From: Nanobdellati archaeon
Lineage (GTDB): Archaea > EX4484-52 > WAPT01
Length of the DNA: 64,000 bases
NCBI GenBank assembly: GCA_015520605.1
Contig: WAPT01000024.1
Location: forward strand, 25,732 to 89,731
Direction of reading: 5' to 3'
Translations under genes and position numbers: made by a program
Notes under the pieces: model-generated
Told to the model about the DNA's origin: nothing
Seen by the model: the letters and a program-made list of their open reading frames with translations, nothing else
The model's database searches: none
Shown here: in pieces, positions 18,733 to 27,294 of the stretch
Numbering within the stretch: the stretch's first letter is position 1
How the letters are laid out: the number at the start of each line of letters is the position of its first letter

Positions 18733-19364
18733 TAAGAGCGATCCGCGAAAGAATCTTGAGGTTTCTGGAACTCGGAAAAAAAGGTAAAACGTGGTTCGAT
18801 TTCAAACCTTACTGTGAAATCGAGTTCGAGTCATCCACAGCATCGGAGCTTGTATTCTGTATTTCAGCTGCAAATTCGTCAGCAATTTCGGCGCTCAAAC
18901 TTCAGCAAAAGATATACGAGAAAGGTATTGATATGAAAGATGAGAAATGGATTATGGAGTTGATGAAGGAGTGTGGTGTGAGGTTTTACAGAAGAAAAAC
19001 AAAGTATGTAATAAGTGCCTTGGAAAGGCTGGAGGAAATTGAGGGGATAATCGGGACTTATGATCCCGTTTTGGCCAGAGAGTGGCTGGTGTTGAACGTA
19101 AAAGGGTTGGGTTATAAAGAGGCCAGCCACTTTTTAAGAAATACTGGTAAGTTTGATGTTGCTATAATCGACAGACACACACTTAGATGGATGGAGAAAG
19201 AGAATTACATACCTTCTTTCATAAAGCCCGTTAACCCTTCCAGACGCAGAGACTACTTTTTGCTGGAAAAATTGCTCGCGGGTATCGCACACTATCAGAA
19301 CATGTCTGTGGGGGAACTTGATCTCCTTATCTGGTGGCACGCTACAAAGAAAGTGTTGAAATAA
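18729..19364 (+). CDS. ogg: 8-oxoguanine DNA glycosylase/AP lyase (Ogg2 type)
   Basis: ELVFCI, KGLGYKEASHFLRN, AIIDRH, C-terminal KVLK. Confidence 0.92.
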   Translation: MIRAIRERILRFLELGKKGKTWFDFKPYCEIEFESSTASELVFCISAANSSAISALKLQQKIYEKGIDMKDEKWIMELMKECGVRFYRRKTKYVISALERLEEIEGIIGTYDPVLAREWLVLNVKGLGYKEASHFLRNTGKFDVAIIDRHTLRWMEKENYIPSFIKPVNPSRRRDYFLLEKLLAGIAHYQNMSVGELDLLIWWHATKKVLK

Positions 19365-19367
19365 TTC

Positions 19368-19444
19368 TGGTGGACCGGCCGGGATTTGAACCCGGGGTCT
19401 CCGCCTTGCGAAGGCGGCGTCCTTCCAGGCTAGACTACCGGCCC
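19368..19444 (-). tRNA. tRNA-Ala(CGC)
   Basis: Anticodon arm CCGCC-TT-CGC-AA-GGCGG; G3.U70 pair; CCA encoded. Confidence 0.96.
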
Positions 19445-19571
19445 ATTGCGACAGGATTATGTGGTAGACTTTATTTAAATTTTTATTTTTAGAAAATAAT
19501 CAGGAGAAATTTCCCATAAACAAAAAGAAAAATAAAAATGGAAAAATCATAGAAATTATTTTTATACTAGA

Positions 19572-19877
19572 TCAATCTTCGATGTAGTATGCGTAATAAA
19601 GAGTCTCCGCTTCATCTGGCCTTAGTGGTGCGTTCCAGTCTTTGCTATCTATGATGTGCTTAAGAACAGCCCCTATAATTTCTTCAAGGTCGATAATATC
19701 CATACACGCTTTCCCTGAGTTTATCACTCCTGCTCTTTTCCCGTACTCCAACAGTTCTTGTATTTGTTCCCTAGACAATTCTACTAGAATCCCTATCCAG
19801 TCGAACCCCGGAATTTTCTTTCTCCTACTTATCTCACCTTTTTCCATTTCCAGATCTCTTCCGCTCCCGACCATCAC
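19572..19877 (-). CDS. Hypothetical protein
   Basis: 101-aa ORF with GGAGGTGA Shine-Dalgarno; no family recognised. Confidence 0.6.
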   Translation of the reverse strand: MMVGSGRDLEMEKGEISRRKKIPGFDWIGILVELSREQIQELLEYGKRAGVINSGKACMDIIDLEEIIGAVLKHIIDSKDWNAPLRPDEAETLYYAYYIED

Positions 19878-19878
19878 C

Positions 19879-20001
19879 TCACCTCCCCAAACTCAACAAT
19901 GACTTCTCCTTCGGGTTATGGTATATTCTACACACCACATATTCGTCTGTCTCACACAACTTCATTCCGGCTTTCGGACAACAACATCTAAACGGACACA
20001 T
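19879..20001 (-). CDS. Small Cys-rich peptide (40 aa, MCPFRCCCPKAGMKLC...C)
   Basis: Strong GGAGGTGA Shine-Dalgarno just before the ATG at 20001; abuts the next ORF. Confidence 0.55.
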   Translation of the reverse strand: MCPFRCCCPKAGMKLCETDEYVVCRIYHNPKEKSLLSLGR

Positions 20002-20025
20002 TTCTTCACCTCCTTTCACAAAACC

Positions 20026-20068
20026 CGCGGCCGCCCGGACTCGAACCGGGAAAACACCTTTCGGCCGC
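20026..20068 (-). ncRNA. tRNA-like mini-element (acceptor stem plus T-arm, no D or anticodon arm)
   Basis: GCGGCCG-AAAGGTGTTTT-CCCGG-TTCGAGT-CCGGG-CGGCCGC-G on the minus strand. Confidence 0.6.
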
Positions 20069-20175
20069 ATTTGGGACAAGCAGAAAGAGAAATACCGCTA
20101 CCGATTTATCCCATAAAATCCCCACAGACATTCGCATTATCTATCCTTATTCATTCTCATATCTGTTTTACAACA

Positions 20176-20211
20176 GAGAAGTAGGTAACTATGGAGAAGT
20201 AGGTAACTATG
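20176..20211. repeat. Exact 18-bp tandem duplication GAGAAGTAGGTAACTATG x2
   Basis: Read directly from the sequence. Confidence 0.9.
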
Positions 20212-20218
20212 AAAAACT

Positions 20219-20686
20219 TTAAAGCTTTTTGATCCGCCTGGCTTTCGGTATGAGGTTTTTGATAAACCTTCCCTGCTTGAGCCCTATACCGAGAATGTGT
20301 TCCTTGTATTTTAAAATCACGTAACCATCTTCAGCATCGCACTCAATATCGTAGAGATTGAGGCCACAGAGAACATCGTGCACTTTACCCTCACTTACTT
20401 CTACAACATTTTTTGTTGCATGCATGCCGAACATCTGTGCACCGTTCGTTGTTAGCTTTATTCGTTCCTTCTTCTTCTCCCATCTTAGGAACAACATTCC
20501 CACAGCTTCTACATTCAGACCGGAGAAGTTCTTATCCACAACATCCCTGTTTGTTATCCAGATTTTCCTTCCACTCTTGACAAAAACGTAGTCCTCGAAG
20601 AGTTCTTTCTTCAAACCAAATCTCTCCTCCAGATACTTCAACATTTCTCCCTTTTCCTCCTCACTCATTATTTTAAGCTTGCTCAT
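20219..20686 (-). CDS. RsmF/Nip7-like PUA-type accessory protein of the m5C methyltransferase
   Basis: Co-transcribed with the Nop2 methyltransferase; GYVILKY...LGIG...IKNLIPK. Confidence 0.7.
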   Translation of the reverse strand: MSKLKIMSEEEKGEMLKYLEERFGLKKELFEDYVFVKSGRKIWITNRDVVDKNFSGLNVEAVGMLFLRWEKKKERIKLTTNGAQMFGMHATKNVVEVSEGKVHDVLCGLNLYDIECDAEDGYVILKYKEHILGIGLKQGRFIKNLIPKARRIKKL

Positions 20687-20692
20687 CTCCCA

Positions 20693-21628
20693 TCACTCTT
20701 TTCTCAGCCTCGCAACAAAAAACCCCTCACTGTTATTGTCCTGAGGCCAAATACGCAAGCAGTTCTTCACACTCTTATCGAATTCCTGCCCCTCCCATTC
20801 CAGTATTCCGTGCCGTGCTTTAAGACCCCTGACCTTAACTTTTTCAACCACCAGTCCATGCTTCCTTACAGCATAATCCACTACAGCTTCATTTTCCTCT
20901 GGCGCCATCGTACAGGTTGAGTATACAAGCACATCTCCTCTCTTTAAAGTTACGGCAGCAGCATCTATCAACCTCTTTTGAAGTCGTGCCATCTCCTTTA
21001 TAAAACGAATGTTCCACCTCGAAAATGCCTTCCAATCTTTCCTCATTATGCCCTCTGATGAGCACGGAGCATCAAGCAATACCTTATCAAAACGCTCCCT
21101 GAACTTTATGAACCTCCTGCCATCCATTCTCGTCACAACCGCGTTTATTACGCCAAGCTTCTCGAGGTTGAAGCGCAGAATCTTAATTCTCTGAATCTGA
21201 ATGTCGTTGGCAACTATGCACCCTTTGTTCCTCATCATCTCTGCCATCTGTGTTGTTTTTGAGCCCGGTGCAGCCGCTAAATCAAGCACGAAGTCCCCTT
21301 CCTCTGGTTGTAGTACAACAGGTGGAATCATCGATGAGGCTTCCTGAACGTAAAAGTATCCCATGAAATGCTCGAGTGTGTTGCCGAGCTGCTCCTCGTT
21401 TCTGTTCTCCACCCAGAAACCATTCTCATACCAAGGCACGGGTTTGAGCTCCCAGCCTTTTGCCTCTAACATCCTGAGACACTTCTCCCTCTCGATCTTC
21501 AGAGTGTTTATCCTGATACTTTTCCTCAGTGGCTTTAAACAATACTCTACCAGGGTTTTTACCTCATCCCCTAAAATTCGTCTGTACCTTTCCCTGAAAA
21601 GCCGCGGGACATTTATTTTGTGGGTCAT
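20693..21628 (-). CDS. RsmB/Nop2 family RNA cytosine-C5 methyltransferase
   Basis: QEASSM, LDLAAAPGSKT, LLDAPCS, YSTCT, EENE. Confidence 0.95.
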   Translation of the reverse strand: MTHKINVPRLFRERYRRILGDEVKTLVEYCLKPLRKSIRINTLKIEREKCLRMLEAKGWELKPVPWYENGFWVENRNEEQLGNTLEHFMGYFYVQEASSMIPPVVLQPEEGDFVLDLAAAPGSKTTQMAEMMRNKGCIVANDIQIQRIKILRFNLEKLGVINAVVTRMDGRRFIKFRERFDKVLLDAPCSSEGIMRKDWKAFSRWNIRFIKEMARLQKRLIDAAAVTLKRGDVLVYSTCTMAPEENEAVVDYAVRKHGLVVEKVKVRGLKARHGILEWEGQEFDKSVKNCLRIWPQDNNSEGFFVARLRKE

Positions 21629-22227
21629 AATCTGACTTCCCTCACCTCTCCTTTCTCAAGCTCCACAAGGTATATTTTTCTGGATGGTGTTGCGGCACAG
21701 TTAACAAAGATCGTATTATTCTTTATGATATATCCGTTATCCTCATGTATGTGCCCGAAAGCATGCAAAATTGGCTTTGCTCTCTGATCAAACTCAAGAT
21801 AACCTTCATAACCCACATGCTCGTTTGACCATATCCTGTCCAATATGCTTTTGGGAGGATAATGTGTAACGAAAACAAGCCTACTGCTATCTATTCCCTT
21901 CACATCACTTAGAGCCTCATCAAGTGAGAATGGATAGGTCGCGCTAACAAGCAGAAAGCGATACCCCCCTATCCTTCTCAGCCCGTAGATGACAATCTCA
22001 GCCTTCTTTCCTTCATACACGAAGCCCATATCAAGATTACCACAGACTGCAAGAGCATAAACACCGGTCTCATTTTCAACTCTGCTGAGCAGTTCTTCTG
22101 CATAGCTCTGAAACACGAAATCTCCGCAGTAAAGGAAGACATCAACATCATGCTTCTGGATGGCATCGATCGTACTGTCTATAAAGTGGTGGTTACCGTG
22201 ATAATCCGAAGCGCACAGCACTCTCAT
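21625..22227 (-). CDS. Calcineurin-like metallophosphoesterase
   Basis: SDYHG, CGD, GNLD, THYPP, GHIHE. Confidence 0.9.
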   Translation of the reverse strand: MRVLCASDYHGNHHFIDSTIDAIQKHDVDVFLYCGDFVFQSYAEELLSRVENETGVYALAVCGNLDMGFVYEGKKAEIVIYGLRRIGGYRFLLVSATYPFSLDEALSDVKGIDSSRLVFVTHYPPKSILDRIWSNEHVGYEGYLEFDQRAKPILHAFGHIHEDNGYIIKNNTIFVNCAATPSRKIYLVELEKGEVREVRL

Positions 22228-22277
22228 CTCACTCACCGTAATATTTTCTTGAAAAATCAATAGCATAGATAGATGGT

Positions 22278-22865
22278 TCAGAAAGCGCCGATATTCTCGA
22301 GTTTTTTCCTGAGCTTCTGCACGGCCCTCTTCACTTCATCAAGCGATCTTGCGCCTGTGCACACAAGTCTGCCGGAGTTGAAAATCAGGAAAACCACGCG
22401 TGGTTCTTCCATCCTGTGCACAAGCCCGGGAAACTGCTCCGGCTCGTACTCACAATCTTCGAGTTCATAAACTATTTTGTTGAGGTCAAACCTGGACTTG
22501 AGGTTTGCTGATGCTACCAGATTCTCAACCTTGAGCTCTGGCTCTCCTTTTATTTCGATTCCTATTTTCTTGAGATCTTCTATCACTTTCTTTATAGCCT
22601 CCATCGCTATGTCCTTGGACCTTGTTCCCGCACAGATTATCTTACCGGTGGTGAATATGAGCAGAGAGGCTTTAGGCTCTTTTATTCTGTAAACAAGTCC
22701 CGGAAAGCTTTCAGGCTCGTATTCTGCCCCCTCAAACTCCATCGCTATCTTTTCCAGTGGGAGCTTGGTTTTGAGATCGGCAGACACAACAACGTTCTCT
22801 ATCTTTATCTCATCTTCTCCTATAACTTCCCCTGCCTTGAAATCCTCGCTTTCTTTTTTTGTCAT
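22278..22865 (-). CDS. tbp: TATA-box binding protein
   Basis: Two repeats of YEPExFPGL and LIFxxGKxxCxG. Confidence 0.97.
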   Translation of the reverse strand: MTKKESEDFKAGEVIGEDEIKIENVVVSADLKTKLPLEKIAMEFEGAEYEPESFPGLVYRIKEPKASLLIFTTGKIICAGTRSKDIAMEAIKKVIEDLKKIGIEIKGEPELKVENLVASANLKSRFDLNKIVYELEDCEYEPEQFPGLVHRMEEPRVVFLIFNSGRLVCTGARSLDEVKRAVQKLRKKLENIGAF

Positions 22866-23009
22866 GTGAGCATCACCCAGTATCTTTAAATTTCATGTGT
22901 ATCTTTAAATGTTTATTTGTTTTAAATTGTGATCATCAAAAAGTAACAAAAAATTTAAATAGTTTAGCCGACCATTATAATAACAACAAGACTTGGGGGT
23001 GATCGTAAA

Positions 23010-23315
23010 ATGAGTTCTTTGGAGAGACCTAATGAAGTGATTAGGAAGGAAAGAAATAAAGCATATCAAGAGCTTAAGGAAATTTACACTCTCCTTAAAA
23101 TTCTTTCAAGGTCGGGAGGAGAGGACGTAGGAGATGGAGAGTCCATTATGGACCATGTGAACAAGAGACTGAGGTATGTTAGTTCAGTGTACGGATTTCC
23201 GACTCCTCAGCCAAAAACCCCACAGCAGGCTTTGGAAGTAGCAGAACTCTACATAGACATGATAAGAAAGAAGCAGGAACAGCTGTGCGCAAAATACGGC
23301 ATTGACAGAATTTAA
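23010..23315 (+). CDS. Hypothetical protein
   Basis: 101-aa ORF with GGGGTGA Shine-Dalgarno and upstream TATA; divergent from tbp. Confidence 0.6.
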   Translation: MSSLERPNEVIRKERNKAYQELKEIYTLLKILSRSGGEDVGDGESIMDHVNKRLRYVSSVYGFPTPQPKTPQQALEVAELYIDMIRKKQEQLCAKYGIDRI

Positions 23316-23365
23316 TATAGTGTGGTTGAAATTTCTTGTTTTATTATTTTCTTCGAGAAATCTAA

Positions 23366-23524
23366 TCAACCTTGCAATAACTTCAAAATCTCCCCTTTGG
23401 CAAGTTTAACGTCCCTTATGGTGAGCTCCTCCCCGCAGATGTCGCACACACCTTTCTGACGGCCCCATTTCCATTCGAACGTACCTCCACATTTAGAACA
23501 TATTACCTTAACGTATATGACCAA
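23366..23524 (-). CDS. Small zinc-ribbon protein (CSKC-x14-CDIC)
   Basis: GAGGTGA Shine-Dalgarno before TTG 23524; 52 aa; downstream of hypD. Confidence 0.6.
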   Translation of the reverse strand: MVIYVKVICSKCGGTFEWKWGRQKGVCDICGEELTIRDVKLAKGEILKLLQG

Positions 23525-23612
23525 GGATCTCACCTCTCGACTATCCGGGACGGAGCACTTTATGATATGTTGACATATTGTGAGTCTAAAAACCTTTATA
23601 TAAGTTACAGTT

Positions 23613-24719
23613 TTACCACTCTCGTTCTCGTTCAGAATGTTCTCGAAGATGCCCGCCGTCCAAAGAGTCGCACCATATTCTGCACGCGCCTTCAATACTT
23701 ACCATGCACGGACCCACGGGGTTGGACGGACTGCAAACCCTGCCGAAGAGAGGGCAGTCCTCCGGCGTTATGTTTGCTAGTAGAACGTCCCCACACCTGC
23801 AGAGTTTTTTAGCAGGATCCTCACGAAATTCGAACTTTTGAAAAATTTTCTCAAAAACCTTTTCAGCATCTCTATCCTCCCATTTCTTTTTGATCGTAGG
23901 TTTGCTGTTTTTTATTTTTCCGAGTCCTCTCCACTCACAATCACAGCTTCCGAACACCATTCTTATGAGTTTCTTTGCCTCCACATTACCGTTTTCCCTC
24001 ACAACACGTCCGTACTGGTTGATCACATCCGTTTCTCCCTCTACCAAAAGATCAAGGACTATTTTTACCGACTCCAGCACATCGAGCGCTTCAAACCCGG
24101 AGACAACCATCGGGAGGGGAAAGCGACGGAGAATGCTTCTGTAAGGTCTGATGCCAGTTATGGCTGAAACGTGTCCCGGGCATATGAGAGCATCGACTTT
24201 CCTTTTTGTTGAAGATAGAAGCGCAGGTATCGCAGGTATGAAAAATCGATGAGCATTGAAAACATAAAAGTTGGAGGGCGCTTCCAGGATTGCTATTGCG
24301 GTTGAAGGCAGGGTGGTTTCAAACCCAACGGCTATGTGAACGATATCCTTGCTCTTATTTTTTTCGGCAATTTTCACCGCATCGAAAATGCTGTAGACGA
24401 TTTTTATTTTTGAGCCTCCTGCCGTTGCAAGAGATATGCCGTGGTATTTCAGCTGCGAGACATCCCCAAAACAGGTTACTATCCCATCAAAATTCTCAAT
24501 AAAATACAGAAATCTTGCGATCTCTTCATCATTTATCACACATACAGGGCAGCCCGGACCCGGCACAAGCTTGATGCATGAAGGGACAATTTGCCTTATT
24601 CCGTATTTGGATATTGTATTTTCGTGTGTTCCGCAAAGGGAAAGGATCGTGATGTTTTTCCCAACTGTGGATGCAAGGTTCCTGATCTCTTCGAGCAGTT
24701 TTTTTGCATCATTCCTCAT
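23613..24719 (-). CDS. hypD: Hydrogenase maturation protein HypD
   Basis: CGTH, GPGCPVC, GFETT, PGHVS, CxC...CPLFG...PCMVS.EGAC. Confidence 0.95.
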   Translation of the reverse strand: MRNDAKKLLEEIRNLASTVGKNITILSLCGTHENTISKYGIRQIVPSCIKLVPGPGCPVCVINDEEIARFLYFIENFDGIVTCFGDVSQLKYHGISLATAGGSKIKIVYSIFDAVKIAEKNKSKDIVHIAVGFETTLPSTAIAILEAPSNFYVFNAHRFFIPAIPALLSSTKRKVDALICPGHVSAITGIRPYRSILRRFPLPMVVSGFEALDVLESVKIVLDLLVEGETDVINQYGRVVRENGNVEAKKLIRMVFGSCDCEWRGLGKIKNSKPTIKKKWEDRDAEKVFEKIFQKFEFREDPAKKLCRCGDVLLANITPEDCPLFGRVCSPSNPVGPCMVSIEGACRIWCDSLDGGHLREHSEREREW

Positions 24720-24888
24720 GAACGTCCCTCACCTTTTCTATGGCAAAACCGGCATGCACCACCACTTTGTCCCCCACCTTGACGTCTGGTACGAGATCTA
24801 CACGCACAAATCTTCTTGCCCCTCCAAAATTCACGAGAGCTTCCTTTTCCTTGATTTTTTCAACAATTCCCACGACACCAATACACAT
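24709..24888 (-). CDS. hypC: Hydrogenase maturation chaperone HypC (59 aa, absent from the ORF track)
   Basis: Manual translation MCIGVVGIVEKIKEKEALVNFGGARRFVRVDLVPDVKVGDKVVVHAGFAIEKVRDVHEE; Cys2 and VHAGFAI motif. Confidence 0.92.
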   Translation of the reverse strand: MCIGVVGIVEKIKEKEALVNFGGARRFVRVDLVPDVKVGDKVVVHAGFAIEKVRDVHEE

Positions 24889-24942
24889 AATCAGATATTT
24901 TTTCAGAAAATACTAATTAACTTTTTGCAAATAATCTGTTAG

Positions 24943-27294
24943 ATGGATGCATGGAGAATTATCATAAAAGGAACAGTTCAGGGTGTTGGCTTTAGACCGA
25001 CTGTTGCCAGAGTGGCACGAAAACTGAAAGCGAGAGGGTATGTCAGAAACCTTGGAGGAGGGGAGGTTGAAATAGTGACCGATTTTCACCCTGAGAAATT
25101 TATCGAGAAACTATACAATAACCTTCCGAGACTTGCGAGGATTGAGGAAGTAAGGGCGGAAAAGATCAGCACATATTCCTTGCCGGATCCTTTCGCAATT
25201 CTTAAGAGCACATCTTTTTCCTCAGAGGTCGAAGAAACGATAAGACTGCCTCCTCCCGATGCGGCGATATGTGAGATTTGCCTTGCGGAGGTATTTTCGG
25301 AGGACAACAGAAGATACCTGTATGCTTTCACTTCCTGTACTGCCTGCGGACCGAGGTTTACAGCGTTTCTTGGACTTCCCTTCGACAGGGAGAATACAAC
25401 TTTTGGCTCTTTCCCGCTCTGTGCAGATTGCACCAGAGAATACGAGGATGAAATTAACAGAAGGTACCATGCACAGACCACGTGCTGTCCTGTGTGTGGG
25501 CCAACATATTCCTTGGTATCATCCGGTGGCAAAACTATCGCAGAAGGTCTTGAAGCCATAAGGATGGCCGCCAGAATGGTGGATGATGGCGAGATTCTAG
25601 CTGTGAAGGGATGGGGAGGTTATCACCTTGTCTGCGACGCGGAAAAAGATGGTAGTGTCAGCAGATTGAGGGAGAAGTTGAAGAGGCTCCAACAACCATT
25701 CGCAATAATGGCGAGGGATATGAATGCGGTTAAGAGGATCTGCATCCTTAATGAGCGGGAAGCGGAGGAACTTTCCAGTCCAGCAAGGCCGATCGTGATC
25801 CTGAGAAAGAAGGAACCATCCATTATGAAGGAGGTGGCTCCCATGCTTCACACTCTTGGTATGATGCTCCCTTATTCGGCGCTACATCACATTTTGTTTT
25901 CACATCTCAATACAGACTTCATTGTGGTTACATCTGCAAACCTTCCCGGAGAACCAATGATGATCGACGAAAAGATAATCAAAAAAATCAAAGTGGATGC
26001 CTATCTCATCCACAATTTGAGGATAGCGAACAGGTGCGATGACTCCGTTCTCAGGGTGGTTGATGAAAGAAGGGTTTTTGTGAGGAGATCTAGAGGTTTC
26101 GTACCATTTTCCCTCGAGCTTGGAAAAAAGACTAACGCTCTCTGCCTTGGGGCGGAACTTTTCAATTCAGTATGTTTCGTCAAAAACGGCAGAGCGTATC
26201 TCAGTCAGTATCTCGGAGACACTTCAAATTACCTCACCTACAAAGAGCATTTCATCCCCACCATCCAGAAATGGAGAAAATGGCTCTCCCTCGATAAGTG
26301 TGATGCAATTGTGTGTGACCTCCATCCCTCTTACACCACAACCTTCTTTGCGGAAAACGTTGCGGAGAGTCTTGATATCCCTCTCTACAGACTTCAGCAT
26401 CACTTTGCACATGCGATGGGAGTGATGTTCGAGCATAACCTTGAGAGAGCTGTTGCTATATGCTGTGATGGCACTGGATACGGTTTGGATGGCGGTGTGT
26501 GGGGTGGGGAAGTCCTTTATATTGATTTTGAAAAACATGAGTTTGCGCGTGTCGGCCGCCTTGAAAATTTCCATCTTGTCGGAGGAGATAGTGCAACTCT
26601 AAATCCGAGAAGGATAGGAGCATCCCTGCTTTTCTTAGCAGGGATGGAAAAAGAGGCGGCAGCACTTCTTGAGGAAAAGGAAAGGGAACTCGTCATGGCA
26701 GCCATCCAGAACAAAATAAATGTGGTGGAGTGTTCCTCAGCAGGCAGAGTTTTTGATGGTGTGGCATCAATCCTTAACATTTACAATAAGAGAACTTATG
26801 AGGGCGAGGGGGCAATGAAACTTGAGACCATGGCATCTCTGGCGGAGGGGAAATGCAAGGAAGTTGAGAGCTTAAAACCAAAAATCGCAACCACACAGGA
26901 AGCTACAAGATACAGGAACCCTTACTTAATGGAAGGATGTGAAGGAAATCCGCGAGCAACACAATTTCCGATAAAGGTACTTAAAATTTCGAAATTAATA
27001 AAAGAAGCTTTTGAAAAATTGAAAGAAGGATGGGAGATGGAAAGGATAGCCTTCGAAACGTTTTCTTATGTAGGGCGGGGACTTGCCACAATAGCCGTTG
27101 AGACAGCAAAGAGACGTAACTGTAAAATAATTCTCGCTGGAGGATGTATGGTAAATCCCATCTTTGTGGAAAGCATTATGAATGTTACGAGAACTGGTGG
27201 GGTTGAAACAGCACTCCCTCAAGAAGTGCCCATTGGAGATAACGGGATAAGTATGGGACAGGCGTATTTGCTCAAATTCGTTGAGACGAGGTGA
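24943..27294 (+). CDS. hypF: Carbamoyltransferase HypF
   Basis: Acylphosphatase GTVQGVGFRP, two Zn fingers, KGWGGYHL, QHHFAH, DGTGYG, GDNGISMGQ. Confidence 0.96.
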   Translation: MDAWRIIIKGTVQGVGFRPTVARVARKLKARGYVRNLGGGEVEIVTDFHPEKFIEKLYNNLPRLARIEEVRAEKISTYSLPDPFAILKSTSFSSEVEETIRLPPPDAAICEICLAEVFSEDNRRYLYAFTSCTACGPRFTAFLGLPFDRENTTFGSFPLCADCTREYEDEINRRYHAQTTCCPVCGPTYSLVSSGGKTIAEGLEAIRMAARMVDDGEILAVKGWGGYHLVCDAEKDGSVSRLREKLKRLQQPFAIMARDMNAVKRICILNEREAEELSSPARPIVILRKKEPSIMKEVAPMLHTLGMMLPYSALHHILFSHLNTDFIVVTSANLPGEPMMIDEKIIKKIKVDAYLIHNLRIANRCDDSVLRVVDERRVFVRRSRGFVPFSLELGKKTNALCLGAELFNSVCFVKNGRAYLSQYLGDTSNYLTYKEHFIPTIQKWRKWLSLDKCDAIVCDLHPSYTTTFFAENVAESLDIPLYRLQHHFAHAMGVMFEHNLERAVAICCDGTGYGLDGGVWGGEVLYIDFEKHEFARVGRLENFHLVGGDSATLNPRRIGASLLFLAGMEKEAAALLEEKERELVMAAIQNKINVVECSSAGRVFDGVASILNIYNKRTYEGEGAMKLETMASLAEGKCKEVESLKPKIATTQEATRYRNPYLMEGCEGNPRATQFPIKVLKISKLIKEAFEKLKEGWEMERIAFETFSYVGRGLATIAVETAKRRNCKIILAGGCMVNPIFVESIMNVTRTGGVETALPQEVPIGDNGISMGQAYLLKFVETR

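Noticed and set aside
19445-20070. Integrated element bounded by tRNA-Ala and the tRNA-like fragment
   Set aside because: The fragment does not match tRNA-Ala, lies on its 5' side, and no integrase is present.
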